64,000 bases of DNA from Bacillota bacterium (GTDB lineage: Bacteria; Bacillota; Clostridia; Oscillospirales; Ruminococcaceae), in contig JAEZQD010000152.1 of NCBI GenBank assembly GCA_023413185.1, positions 6,368 through 70,367 on the forward strand, read 5' to 3'. How positions within the stretch are numbered: the first letter of the stretch is position 1; each line of letters opens with the position of its first letter. A program made the translations under genes and the position numbers. This document shows, piece by piece, positions 28,204 to 37,038 of the stretch. Below the pieces are notes generated by a model. It did no database searches and was not told the origin of the DNA. It worked only from the letters and a program-made list of their open reading frames with translations.

Positions 28204-29379
28204 TTATTTATCGCTTTGTGCGCCAATTGTGCGCCTTTTATCGTCTTTTGACATCAATGCAACCACGATTTCTGCCGCCTGCTGCTTTGCCACAAAGTCC
28301 GGGTGGGTGTATCTCGCGGTCGTTGATATGCTCGTGTGACCGAGTATATCCTGTACACTTCTGAGGCTTGCGCCGTTGTTAATGGCAAGGGTTGCGAAGG
28401 TGTGTCTAAGGCAGTTTGGCGGGAGATAATTAAACCCTCCTGCCTTTAGCATCCGCCCATAGCTTGTGTTAAAATTGCGCGGTCGCATCAGCCCGCCTTT
28501 ATTGGTGCAAAAGATGTAATCTGACACGTGCGGCAATTCTTCCATCAGTTCAAACAACCACGACGGCATCGGTATCTCCCGTATGCTCCCTTCGGTCTTT
28601 GCCTTGCCGTCCGCAGCATTGGGATTACCCGCGACGTCTGTTCGCACAGCTCGGCGTATCATTACGCGGTCTGCGCTTATGTCCGCCCATTTAAGCCCCA
28701 ACGCCTCGCTTTTGCGCATCCCGGTAGCGGCAAGTAAAATTGTCGCAATAGCTATTCTGCGCCCGCCGTCGCGCTCAATTGCCACGCTGTCCGGCAGATC
28801 CGTTTTGTACCCAAGTGCAAATTGGATAATCGCCCTTGCATCGTCCTGAGTGTAGGTTTTTCTAGGTGGCGTCGCCTTGCCGCTTGGCGTTAACTCCCCT
28901 GCAGGAGAGCGGGCAATAATCCCGTTTGCAATCGCCTTGTTAAGCGCAGCCCTTAACAATGCAACGTATTTTTTAACGTGCTCCATGCTATAACTGCCGC
29001 CCATCTCGTTTGCAGACTTTTGCAGCTCAAGCGGAGTAACGTCAACAACTTTTTTGCCGGACAGCGGAGCGGGCACAGACGACACAAGACACTCCATGTT
29101 ATGGTACGTCCTGTCCGTTACGCCGCCCTTACGGTAAGTCTCAATATACAGCGCAAGCCAATCACCAAGCTTGATATCTGGCGACACAGTGCACGGCACA
29201 TCGTCGCGGGTTTTAGCCCACTCTAAATACTTTTCGCGGGCTTCTTTCTTTGACTTTGCGTAAAACGGCTTGCGGATATCTTCGCCTGACGCGTCCGTGC
29301 CAACCTTAACCCGGTACTGCACTATCCCGTTTGGTCTTGTGTAGTATGTGCCCTCGCCGTTTATACGCTTCTTCGCCAC
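28204..29379 (-). CDS. int: Phage tyrosine integrase
   Basis: RINGEGT arm-binding start; TGMRKSE, NCLRHTFAT, LGHTSISTTARY catalytic boxes. Confidence 0.95.
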   Translation of the reverse strand: MAKKRINGEGTYYTRPNGIVQYRVKVGTDASGEDIRKPFYAKSKKEAREKYLEWAKTRDDVPCTVSPDIKLGDWLALYIETYRKGGVTDRTYHNMECLVSSVPAPLSGKKVVDVTPLELQKSANEMGGSYSMEHVKKYVALLRAALNKAIANGIIARSPAGELTPSGKATPPRKTYTQDDARAIIQFALGYKTDLPDSVAIERDGGRRIAIATILLAATGMRKSEALGLKWADISADRVMIRRAVRTDVAGNPNAADGKAKTEGSIREIPMPSWLFELMEELPHVSDYIFCTNKGGLMRPRNFNTSYGRMLKAGGFNYLPPNCLRHTFATLAINNGASLRSVQDILGHTSISTTARYTHPDFVAKQQAAEIVVALMSKDDKRRTIGAQSDK

Positions 29380-29418
29380 AACAACCCCTCCTAAAGCCCC
29401 GTTACCGGGGTTTATTTT

Positions 29419-30048
29419 TTATACCTCAACGTGTACCCTAACCACTTTACCCAGCACTCTGATTTCTACCTCTTTGAGATTGTAAATTTGCGGTTGGTGC
29501 TCTGGGTTATATGATTGCGGGGTCAACACTACAACGTGTCCCTCTTTGCGGTATCTCTTGACCGTTGCACAGTCCCCGTTAACTATGACTACTGCTATCT
29601 CGCCGTTTTCGACGTTTGGCTGCTTGCGGACTATAAGCACGTCCCCGTGGTGCATCCTTGCCGCTGTCATGCTGTCCCCATTAACCCGGAGTGCAAAATA
29701 CTCTGCGCCGCCGTTCAGGTCGGTCGTGGTGTACCCCTCTATATTTTCCTCTGCAAACAACGGTATGCCGGCAGAGATTTTGCCGAGTATCGGTATCTTG
29801 TGTTTTGGGGTGTATGGTGCCACCCCTTCTGCCGCCTCCCACCCAAGAATATATTTGGGGTCAACCTCTAGTCCTTTTGCAAGTGCGCCTATTTTGCTTA
29901 GTGGAATGTTGTCAATTTCGCCAGTCTCATATCTCTGTAGCGTAGACTTGCTAAGCCCCGTCTTGTCTGCCAAGTCTTGATAGCTCATCCCCAAGTCGGC
30001 GCGCCTGTTTTTTATCCTTGTGATTATTCCATCCTTGTCGCTCTGCAT
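29419..30048 (-). CDS. CI/LexA-like prophage repressor (HTH + S24 autopeptidase)
   Basis: N-terminal Cro/C1 HTH; ISAG cleavage site; GDSM (Ser) and TVKR (Lys) dyad intact. Confidence 0.95.
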   Translation of the reverse strand: MQSDKDGIITRIKNRRADLGMSYQDLADKTGLSKSTLQRYETGEIDNIPLSKIGALAKGLEVDPKYILGWEAAEGVAPYTPKHKIPILGKISAGIPLFAEENIEGYTTTDLNGGAEYFALRVNGDSMTAARMHHGDVLIVRKQPNVENGEIAVVIVNGDCATVKRYRKEGHVVVLTPQSYNPEHQPQIYNLKEVEIRVLGKVVRVHVEV

Positions 30049-30117
30049 TTCTTCACCTTTTTTCGCTTAAAATTCGCCTTGCTTCTTATTTACTATAGCA
30101 ATATAATATCATATGTG

Positions 30118-30224
30118 TTCCAAAATTGCAACACTTTTTATGATTATTTTTGAAAATATGTTGCGGATATGGGTTGACAATTGCATTGGAGGATGTTATT
30201 ATTGAGATATCCCAAACACGCAAC
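30118..30224. promoter_or_regulatory. Lysis/lysogeny switch: rightward promoter and three candidate operators
   Basis: TTGACA(30174)-17 nt-TATTAT(30197); 15-mers TTCCAAAATTGCAAC (30118), ACCCATATCCGCAAC (minus, 30160-30174), TCCCAAACACGCAAC (30210). Confidence 0.75.
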
Positions 30225-30241
30225 GACAAGGAGGTGTAAAA

Positions 30242-30454
30242 ATGTTTAGAGCAATCGACGAAGTATCGCTGGAGGAACTGCGCAAGCGAATGTACGCAAA
30301 AAAAATTAGTGGCAAGCGGCTTGCTGAGCGGGTCGGAATGGCTAACTCCAGCATGTCGCGCAAGCTTAACGGCAAATCCGAGTTTACTGTCAGTGAAGCA
30401 ATCAGGGTTTGCAACGCGTTAGAGATGCACCCTGCCGATATTTTTTTTGTCTAA
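30242..30454 (+). CDS. Cro-like HTH regulator
   Basis: LAERVGMANSSMSRKLNGKSEFTVSEA; divergent from the repressor; RBS AGGAGGT. Confidence 0.9.
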   Translation: MFRAIDEVSLEELRKRMYAKKISGKRLAERVGMANSSMSRKLNGKSEFTVSEAIRVCNALEMHPADIFFV

Positions 30455-30486
30455 AACGTCCCAAATACGCAACGAAAGGAGCGACC

Positions 30487-30633
30487 ATGGACTACACAGA
30501 TATCCTAAAAGCTGAGCTTGCCGACGCAAACGGGCGGCTTGCGCAGGCTGACAAAGAGGGGCGCAAAGAGGTTGTGCGCCAAATCAAAGAGATTGAGCGC
30601 GATATTGAGCGATGCGAGGAGGGGCAATTGTGA
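30487..30633 (+). CDS. Small coiled-coil hypothetical phage protein
   Basis: RBS AAAGGAG; MDYTDILKAELADANG..; coupled to next gene. Confidence 0.6.
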   Translation: MDYTDILKAELADANGRLAQADKEGRKEVVRQIKEIERDIERCEEGQL

Positions 30634-30902
30634 AGCTTCGTCTAAAGTTTGTCGAAAAGCGAATTTATGAGCACGAACTTGTTGTTGAGGTCGAGAGCGA
30701 GGATGCGCTTGACGAGATAGTAAACCAAGCCAGTGCGCAGCGTATTTATTCCTCCGAAGGCTTGAGCGGATGGAAGCGGGAACTAGCCCTTGCTGGCGTT
30801 GCCGTGCTGCAAACCGAACAAGACCTTGACGGCACTCTCGACGAGATTTATTGCGACGACGTATACGAGAGCGACGAGCAAGACAAGGAGGAACCAAAAT
30901 GA
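30630..30902 (+). CDS. Acidic hypothetical phage protein
   Basis: RBS GAGGAGG; GTG start overlapping previous stop. Confidence 0.6.
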   Translation: MKLRLKFVEKRIYEHELVVEVESEDALDEIVNQASAQRIYSSEGLSGWKRELALAGVAVLQTEQDLDGTLDEIYCDDVYESDEQDKEEPK

Positions 30903-31066
30903 ACGGCAGAATAGCACTTGATTCTTTTTGCTGCGGATGCTCTTTTTCTTCCTTCGATTCATATTGCCGCAATTGCCCGTACACGGAGTTTGACGACCCT
31001 CTTCTGCGAGAAATCGAGTTGCGGAATAGCCGCAAATCTTTGAAAGACAAGGAGGAAAACAAGTGA
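30899..31066 (+). CDS. Small Cys-rich hypothetical phage protein
   Basis: RBS AGGAGG; CCGC..CRNC; ATGA coupling. Confidence 0.55.
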   Translation: MNGRIALDSFCCGCSFSSFDSYCRNCPYTEFDDPLLREIELRNSRKSLKDKEENK

Positions 31067-31812
31067 ACGAGCTGCAAATCTTTAGTAACCCCGAGTTTGG
31101 CGAAATCCGCACCGTAAGCGAGGACGGCAAGACGCTATTTTGCGGGGCTGACGTTGCTAAGGCGTTGGGGTACAAGGACGTAACTAACGCGATGAAACAG
31201 CATTGCCGTGGGGTGGCGAAATGCCACATCACCGACGCTTTAGGCAGGAACCAAGAAGCCAATTTTATCACCGAGGGCGATATCTACCGACTAGCGGCAC
31301 GGTCGCAGCTCCCAGGCGCGGATAAGTTTGAGCGATGGATATTTGACGAGGTGCTGCCATCCGTCCGCAAGCATGGCGCGTACATAACTCCTGACACGCT
31401 CGACAAGATGATTGCAACGCCTGAGTTTGGAATTAAGCTGCTAACCGCGTTACAGACCGAGCGGCAAAAAGTTAACGCGCTACAGGCGGAAAATTCCGCC
31501 CTGACTGTCAAGGTAGCCATCATGGCACCAAAGGCAGAGTATGTCGACGCACTTGTAGACCGCAACAGTCTGCTAAGCCTGCGCGAAACAGCTAAGGTGA
31601 TTGAGTTCCCCGAAAAACAGATGGTTGCCGCTTTGATTGAGCGCAGGATGCTTTATCGCGACAAAAAAGGCAAGCTGCTGCCCTATGCAAACACAAACTG
31701 CGGCTATTTTGAAGTCAAAGAGTGTACCAACGACAAGACGGGATGGTGCGGAGCGCAAACGTTGGTGACCGTCAAGGGCAGAGAGGCGATAAGGAGGTTG
31801 GTGTTGTCATGA
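31063..31812 (+). CDS. Phage antirepressor (BRO-N + KilA-C/ANT)
   Basis: MNELQIFSNPEFGEIRT, DVAKALGY, FERWIFDEVLPSVRKHGAY, PKAEYVD, QTLVTVKGR. Confidence 0.92.
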   Translation: MNELQIFSNPEFGEIRTVSEDGKTLFCGADVAKALGYKDVTNAMKQHCRGVAKCHITDALGRNQEANFITEGDIYRLAARSQLPGADKFERWIFDEVLPSVRKHGAYITPDTLDKMIATPEFGIKLLTALQTERQKVNALQAENSALTVKVAIMAPKAEYVDALVDRNSLLSLRETAKVIEFPEKQMVAALIERRMLYRDKKGKLLPYANTNCGYFEVKECTNDKTGWCGAQTLVTVKGREAIRRLVLS

Positions 31813-32036
31813 GCGGCGGCGTTATAACGACCGTGCAGGCGTTGGAGATTATCAACCACGGGTCTGGCGGGAAAAACATAGCAAGACCCGCTTTAGAAGC
31901 GTGGATAAGGTCAGGCAAATGCCCGTTTGGCGAATACATCAGGCAAGAGGGTAAATCGGTAGGTCGGTACATTATATTCGATAGCCGTCTGCGGGCTTAT
32001 TTGGGAGCGGAAGATTTAAGGAGGGGCGTGTCTTGA
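31809..32036 (+). CDS. Putative excisionase-like DNA-binding protein
   Basis: 75 aa basic protein with WIRSGKCPFG..RYIIF winged-helix-like pattern after the antirepressor. Confidence 0.55.
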   Translation: MSGGVITTVQALEIINHGSGGKNIARPALEAWIRSGKCPFGEYIRQEGKSVGRYIIFDSRLRAYLGAEDLRRGVS

Positions 32037-32119
32037 AAGAAAAAATAAACGCCTTTGACGTCCTCTGCGTGATTGGATGCGCGGTTTTGCTTGTCTTGAA
32101 GTTGGAGGGGCTGCTGTGA
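32033..32119 (+). CDS. 28-aa hydrophobic peptide, not in the ORF track
   Basis: RBS AGGAGGGG; TTG start; MKEKINAFDVLCVIGCAVLLVLKLEGLL; overlaps both neighbours by 4 nt. Confidence 0.5.
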   Translation: MKEKINAFDVLCVIGCAVLLVLKLEGLL

Positions 32120-32262
32120 AAGAAATCTATCTGACGTTTAGCCCGAAAGAGTACGAACAGTACATAGAAAGGCTAATCCGCGCCGGATGCAAGCAAAAGA
32201 CAGCGGCAGACCGTGGGGCGGATAAGCTGCTAAAGAAGATTAGGGAGGACAAAAGCAAGTGA
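32116..32262 (+). CDS. Small basic hypothetical phage protein
   Basis: RBS GGAGGGG, GTG start, coupled to next gene. Confidence 0.5.
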   Translation: MKEIYLTFSPKEYEQYIERLIRAGCKQKTAADRGADKLLKKIREDKSK

Positions 32263-32492
32263 CCAGACGTGAAGCACTGCAAGTCTTCGCATTTTGCCTT
32301 ATGGGGGTTGCGACCGTAATAATCGAAGCATATACCCTCGCCGCAGGTGCGATGGTGGTTTTAGCCGGGGTGCTTGCGGTTTTGAGTTACATGTTGCCGC
32401 CCAAAAGAAGAAACCGCGCCCGCCCCTGCTACCAACAAGGACGAGCGCAAAGAAAACTATACAGCCCCATTATAGGGGAGAAAGAGGATTAA
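32259..32492 (+). CDS. Small two-TM membrane protein with basic tail
   Basis: RBS GGGAGG; two hydrophobic stretches then PKRRNRAR. Confidence 0.6.
   Translation: MTRREALQVFAFCLMGVATVIIEAYTLAAGAMVVLAGVLAVLSYMLPPKRRNRARPCYQQGRAQRKLYSPIIGEKED
32403..32462 (-). ncRNA. Putative antisense small RNA (about 60 nt)
   Basis: Minus-strand TTGACT(32497-32492)-17 nt-TATAAT(32474-32469) followed by a 13-bp GC/GU stem and U-rich tail; no ORF. Confidence 0.6.
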
Positions 32493-32497
32493 GTCAA

Positions 32498-32833
32498 ATG
32501 GAAAAAACCGTATCGAAAGTTTTATTGTCTCTACATGTCCCGCCCAGCTTGTTGGGCTACGGCTACATCAAGTGCGCTGTGCTGCTCTGCATGAGCGATA
32601 GCACGTATATGCGCAGTATTACAACTCGGCTATACCCAGATGTCGCAAAAGCGTTTGACACCACCCCAGTTAAGGCAGAGAGGGCAATCCGACACGCGAT
32701 TGCGTCAGGGCTTGCAACAGCTCCCGCCGAGGCAACGCAGCCGATATTTGGCGCATACACGGAGTACAAAAAGCCGACTAACAGCCACTTTATCGCGGCT
32801 GTCGCGGAACACATCAGATTGGAGGGCAAGTAA
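32498..32833 (+). CDS. Spo0A C-terminal (DNA-binding) domain protein, no receiver domain
   Basis: VPPSLLGYGYI, SITTRLYPDVAK, ERAIRHAI, KPTNSHFIA match the Spo0A effector domain. Confidence 0.9.
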   Translation: MEKTVSKVLLSLHVPPSLLGYGYIKCAVLLCMSDSTYMRSITTRLYPDVAKAFDTTPVKAERAIRHAIASGLATAPAEATQPIFGAYTEYKKPTNSHFIAAVAEHIRLEGK

Positions 32834-33391
32834 ATGCAAGTTGGAGATTTTGTAAAGGGTAAGCCCAACAACGGATACAACGTAACAAACGAGCGAATGA
32901 CACGCGGCGTAGTAACTGCCGTGCTTGGCGGCAGGGATATAACAGTCAAAGTGCTAGACCATCTTGACGGGCGCGGCGGCTCATGGGATGTCGACGCTGA
33001 CAGGTTTGATGTGGTCGGTCACGTAAAACCGTTTAACCGCGACGAGGTAATTGCGCTACTTAAAGACGGCTGCAAAAAAGCAATCCTTGACTACAACCTG
33101 CGCGATGCCGACCTGCGCGGTGCCGACCTGAGACGTGCCAACCTGCGCGGTGCCAACCTGCGCGATGCCGACCTTGATTTTAGTTGCTATCCTCTCTGGT
33201 GCGGGTCGCTGCGCATCAAGACCGACAAGCGCATAGCTGCGCAGCTCGCCTATCATCTGTGCAGTATGCAGTGTGACGATGCGGAGTACATCAAGATGCG
33301 TAATAGCATTTTGGACTTTGCAAACCAATTCCACCGCGCGGGCGAGTGCGGCACGTTAGAGCCGATTGCGGAGGTCAAAAAAGATGATTAG
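32834..33391 (+). CDS. Pentapeptide-repeat protein
   Basis: NLRDA DLRGA DLRRA NLRGA NLRDA DL, encoded by 15-bp repeats at about 33095-33175. Confidence 0.85.
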   Translation: MQVGDFVKGKPNNGYNVTNERMTRGVVTAVLGGRDITVKVLDHLDGRGGSWDVDADRFDVVGHVKPFNRDEVIALLKDGCKKAILDYNLRDADLRGADLRRANLRGANLRDADLDFSCYPLWCGSLRIKTDKRIAAQLAYHLCSMQCDDAEYIKMRNSILDFANQFHRAGECGTLEPIAEVKKDD

Positions 33392-33629
33392 CGCGCTTGG
33401 CTTACCGTCTGCGCCGCACGACGTTGAGCATTACACACGGAGGATTCGCGAAGCGGAGGCGGCTATCCCGTTTCTGCAAGAGGAGCGAGATAAGCTCGCC
33501 CCGCTGCTTGAAAACACTCACGTTAGTGGCGTAGTTGACAGGTGGTACGTGGAGCAAATCGACTACCTGACCCGCAAAATTGCACGGCTTAAAAACGACA
33601 GAAGAATACTGGAGGAGTTGAGCAAGTGA
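33384..33629 (+). CDS. Hypothetical coiled-coil phage protein
   Basis: RBS GGAGGT; overlaps both neighbours. Confidence 0.55.
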   Translation: MISALGLPSAPHDVEHYTRRIREAEAAIPFLQEERDKLAPLLENTHVSGVVDRWYVEQIDYLTRKIARLKNDRRILEELSK

Positions 33630-34258
33630 CACGCAACGAGTGGCAAAAATTCCGCGTTTCCGGCATAGGCGCGTCCGATGCAGCGTCAATAGTCGGGCTA
33701 TCTCCCTACAAGTCAAACGTGCATCTGTGGGAGGAAAAGACGGGCAGGAGAGAGCCGGAGGACATATCTTCAAAACCATACGTCAAATACGGCACGGACG
33801 CGGAAAAGCACATCAGAGGGCTTTATGAACTCGACCACCCCGAGCACAAGGTCATATACAAGGACTTTGACATTGTGTCGCATCCAGAGCACCAGTTTAT
33901 CTTTGCCACTCTTGACGGGCGACTTTATGACGGCGCACGGTACGGCGTTTTAGAGGTCAAAACGTGCGACATAAACCGTTCGACCGATTGGCAAAAATGG
34001 GACGGCAAAGTGCCAGACAACTACTATGTGCAACTACTTCACCAGTTGCTTGCAAGCGGTTTTGATTTTGCGGTGCTGACCGCGAAACTACGGTACACAG
34101 GCAAAGACGGCAAGGCGTCGTCGATAATTAAGCCGCCCTATGTTTTTGAGCGGCAAGACCTAGCGGATGACCTTGATTATCTCCTGACAAAAGAGATTGA
34201 GTGGTGGAGATGCGTAACCACTAATACCAGACCGGCACTGATTTTGCCGGAGATTTAG
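33626..34258 (+). CDS. YqaJ-like viral recombinase exonuclease
   Basis: GIGASDAA, ATLDG, LEVKT, YYVQLLHQL. Confidence 0.93.
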   Translation: MTRNEWQKFRVSGIGASDAASIVGLSPYKSNVHLWEEKTGRREPEDISSKPYVKYGTDAEKHIRGLYELDHPEHKVIYKDFDIVSHPEHQFIFATLDGRLYDGARYGVLEVKTCDINRSTDWQKWDGKVPDNYYVQLLHQLLASGFDFAVLTAKLRYTGKDGKASSIIKPPYVFERQDLADDLDYLLTKEIEWWRCVTTNTRPALILPEI

Positions 34259-34267
34259 GAGGCAGAA

Positions 34268-35107
34268 ATGCTTGAACTTATCATGGCGACCGACCTTGAA
34301 AAGTCTTTGCCTGCACAGATTGATTTTAATTTCGACGCGCTGAAAACCGCGCTTACCGAGAGCGTAGAACGGTATAACAATCTTGTCGTGACCGAGGACG
34401 CGATACAGTCCGCGAAGAAAGACCGCGCGAACCTCAACAATCTTGTTAAAGCACTAGATGGAAAGCGGATTGAGGTAAAAAAGCAGTGCCTTGTGCCGTA
34501 TGAGGACTTCGAGCGCAAAATTAAGGAGCTAACCGCCCTTGTCGGCAAACCAATTTTAGCAATCGACAATCAGGTTAAGGCGTTTGAACAAGCAAAGGTT
34601 GCCGAAAAACGCGGCGCAATCGAGCGGTTTTACAACGACAACGCAAGTGATGTTTCGGAACTTGTTCCTCTCGACCGCATTGTGAACCCCAAATGGGCTA
34701 ACGCCACCGTGCCGCTGCTGCAAGTGACACAAGATTTACTTGACAGGGCAGCAAAGGTACGGAACGACTTAAAGCTAATTGCCACGATAGGCGGCGAGTA
34801 CGCAACGCAGATGCAAGACACGCATTTGCGCACCCTTGATATGTCTGCCGCTCTTGCCGATAAAAAGCGGCTAGAGGAGCAGGCGGCGGCATTGAAAAAG
34901 GTTGCTCCTGTTGAGCCGCCAAAGCTTATTGAATACGAACCCACACAGCCGCCCGTAAATGCCCCTGCAAGCGTTGTTCAGCCCGCCACGACGCAGGAGC
35001 CGACTAAGGACATTAGGGTCGTATTTTATGCCACCACGGCGGCGTTCCGCGAAGAAATGCGGGCATTGACCGAGAAGCACAATATTACGTACGGAGGTAT
35101 CAAGTAA
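34268..35107 (+). CDS. DUF1351-family phage protein
   Basis: IDFNFDALK, AKKDRANLN, KWANAT; lies between YqaJ and RecT. Confidence 0.8.
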   Translation: MLELIMATDLEKSLPAQIDFNFDALKTALTESVERYNNLVVTEDAIQSAKKDRANLNNLVKALDGKRIEVKKQCLVPYEDFERKIKELTALVGKPILAIDNQVKAFEQAKVAEKRGAIERFYNDNASDVSELVPLDRIVNPKWANATVPLLQVTQDLLDRAAKVRNDLKLIATIGGEYATQMQDTHLRTLDMSAALADKKRLEEQAAALKKVAPVEPPKLIEYEPTQPPVNAPASVVQPATTQEPTKDIRVVFYATTAAFREEMRALTEKHNITYGGIK

Positions 35108-35943
35108 TGGCAGGAAACAGTTTGGTCAAACAGCACCCCAAATTTAGCGTCGCTATACAATCCGACGGGTACAAAAACCTAATAAATAACACACTGGGCG
35201 ACCCCAAACGCGCACAACGGTTTGTCGCGGCCATATCAAGCGCGGTTGCCACGAATCCCGACTTACAGGCGTGTGACGCGGGCACAATCCTGTCTAGTGC
35301 ACTACTTGGCGAGAGCCTCAATCTTTCCCCGTCCCCGCAACTTGGACAGTATTATCTTGTCCCGTTTAACGACAACAAGAACAACCGCAAGGTAGCGCAA
35401 TTCCAGCTTGGGTACAAGGGTTATATCCAGCTTGCTATCCGTTCGGGGCAGTACAAAAAAATAAACGTGATAGCCATAAAAGAGGGAGAGCTGCAGAACT
35501 TCGACCCGCTTAATGAGGTTATAGACGCGATTTTAATCGAGGACGAGGAACAGCGCGAAAACGCCGCTACCGTGGGTTACTACGCGATGTTCGAATACCT
35601 TAACGGGTTCAGAAAAGCAATGTATTGGAGCCGCGCAAAAATGGAGGCACACGCCCTTAAATATTCCAAAGGCTACGCGGCAAAAAAAGGCTACACTTTT
35701 TGGGAAAAGGACTTTGACGGCATGGCGTTTAAAACAATGCTGCGCCAGCTCATAAGCAAGTGGGGTATTATGTCTATCGAGATGCAGAGTGCGTTCGAAA
35801 ACGACATGGCTGTTGTGCACGAGGGCGGCAAGGTAGAATTCGTTGACAATCTGCCTGATGCAGAGTACGCCGTTGCGGATGAGAAACAGCCAGAACAGCC
35901 CGCAGAACCCGCAGAAGTCGAGAGCGACGACCCGTTAAAGTAA
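35107..35943 (+). CDS. recT: RecT-family single-strand annealing recombinase
   Basis: LSPSPQLGQYYLVPF, QFQLGYKGYIQLAIRSGQY, MAFKTMLRQL. Confidence 0.93.
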   Translation: MAGNSLVKQHPKFSVAIQSDGYKNLINNTLGDPKRAQRFVAAISSAVATNPDLQACDAGTILSSALLGESLNLSPSPQLGQYYLVPFNDNKNNRKVAQFQLGYKGYIQLAIRSGQYKKINVIAIKEGELQNFDPLNEVIDAILIEDEEQRENAATVGYYAMFEYLNGFRKAMYWSRAKMEAHALKYSKGYAAKKGYTFWEKDFDGMAFKTMLRQLISKWGIMSIEMQSAFENDMAVVHEGGKVEFVDNLPDAEYAVADEKQPEQPAEPAEVESDDPLK

Positions 35944-35956
35944 AGGAGGCGCGGCG

Positions 35957-36613
35957 ATGATTAAAGGCTACATATCGGCGTATGACGGCGAAAACCTGAC
36001 AGTCGTCGCCCCTTTTGCCGATGGCTATTTGCTCGACCGCCGCGAAATTACCGAGTGCGAGATAAGGCTTGACGATGGTCGCACCATCAGTGCAGACCAA
36101 CGCAAAAAGATATATGCCACAATGAGAGATATATCCATATGGAGCGGTCACACGCCGGACGAGATTAAGGCACTGCTCAAGTATGACTACATCGCCAAGA
36201 CCGGTGCGGATTATTTTAGCCTGTCTGATGTCGATATGACTACCGCCAACGAGTTTTTGACGCACATCATTGAGTTTTGCATCGAGAGCGACATCCCTTG
36301 TGATGACAATCTAATCGACCGGTCGCCGGATGTGGCGCGCTATATCTACGCCTGCGCAATTAACAAAAAATGCGTGTGCTGCGGCGGTAAAGCAGAGCCT
36401 CACCATCTTGACGCGGTCGGAGCAGGGCGAAACCGAAAAGAAATTATCCATCTTGGAATGTCCATGCTGCCGCTTTGCCGGACGCATCATAGCGAGGCAC
36501 ACACGATTGGCAAGGACACGTTTTGCAACAAATATCATGCGTTCGGCATTAAGGCAGACAGGGCGATTTGCGAGACTTATAAACTACGACAAAGGAGCAA
36601 AAAGGCATGTTAA
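35957..36613 (+). CDS. Putative HNHc nuclease (DUF968-like)
   Basis: SADQRKKIYA; CVCCG..HH..LCRTHHSEAH. Confidence 0.8.
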   Translation: MIKGYISAYDGENLTVVAPFADGYLLDRREITECEIRLDDGRTISADQRKKIYATMRDISIWSGHTPDEIKALLKYDYIAKTGADYFSLSDVDMTTANEFLTHIIEFCIESDIPCDDNLIDRSPDVARYIYACAINKKCVCCGGKAEPHHLDAVGAGRNRKEIIHLGMSMLPLCRTHHSEAHTIGKDTFCNKYHAFGIKADRAICETYKLRQRSKKAC

Positions 36614-37026
36614 ACAAGGCAATCCTCATGGGACGCATCACAGCAGAGCCAGAGTTAAGGCGCACAAAGACCGACATTGCTGTGTGTAAGATTACGATCG
36701 CCGTCGACCGCAATTTTAAATCAGGCGGAGAGCGCGAGACAGATTTTATCGACATTGTGGCGTGGCGGCAGACCGCAGAATTTATTTGCAAGTATTTCAA
36801 AAAAGGCGACCTGATAGCGGTTGACGGCAAAATCCAGACCCGCAGTTATACCGACAATCAAGGAGTGAAACGCAAGGCGTTTGAGGTTGTAGCGGATAAC
36901 GTGAGTTTTTGCGGCGGGAAGAAAGAAACCCCGCTTGACAGAGTGGAGAGAGCGGCGAAGAATGCAGGCATTGAGGTTAACGGAGATTTTACGGTTGTTG
37001 CATCCGGAGACGACCTGCCGTTTTAA
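36607..37026 (+). CDS. ssb: Single-stranded DNA-binding protein
   Basis: MLNKAILMGRI, TDFIDIVAWRQTAEF, C-terminal DDLPF. Confidence 0.96.
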   Translation: MLNKAILMGRITAEPELRRTKTDIAVCKITIAVDRNFKSGGERETDFIDIVAWRQTAEFICKYFKKGDLIAVDGKIQTRSYTDNQGVKRKAFEVVADNVSFCGGKKETPLDRVERAAKNAGIEVNGDFTVVASGDDLPF

Positions 37027-37038
37027 AGGGGTGATATT

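Noticed and set aside
33095..33175. Qnr-type quinolone resistance protein
   Set aside because: Only about six pentapeptides within a phage protein; Qnr proteins are almost entirely repeat
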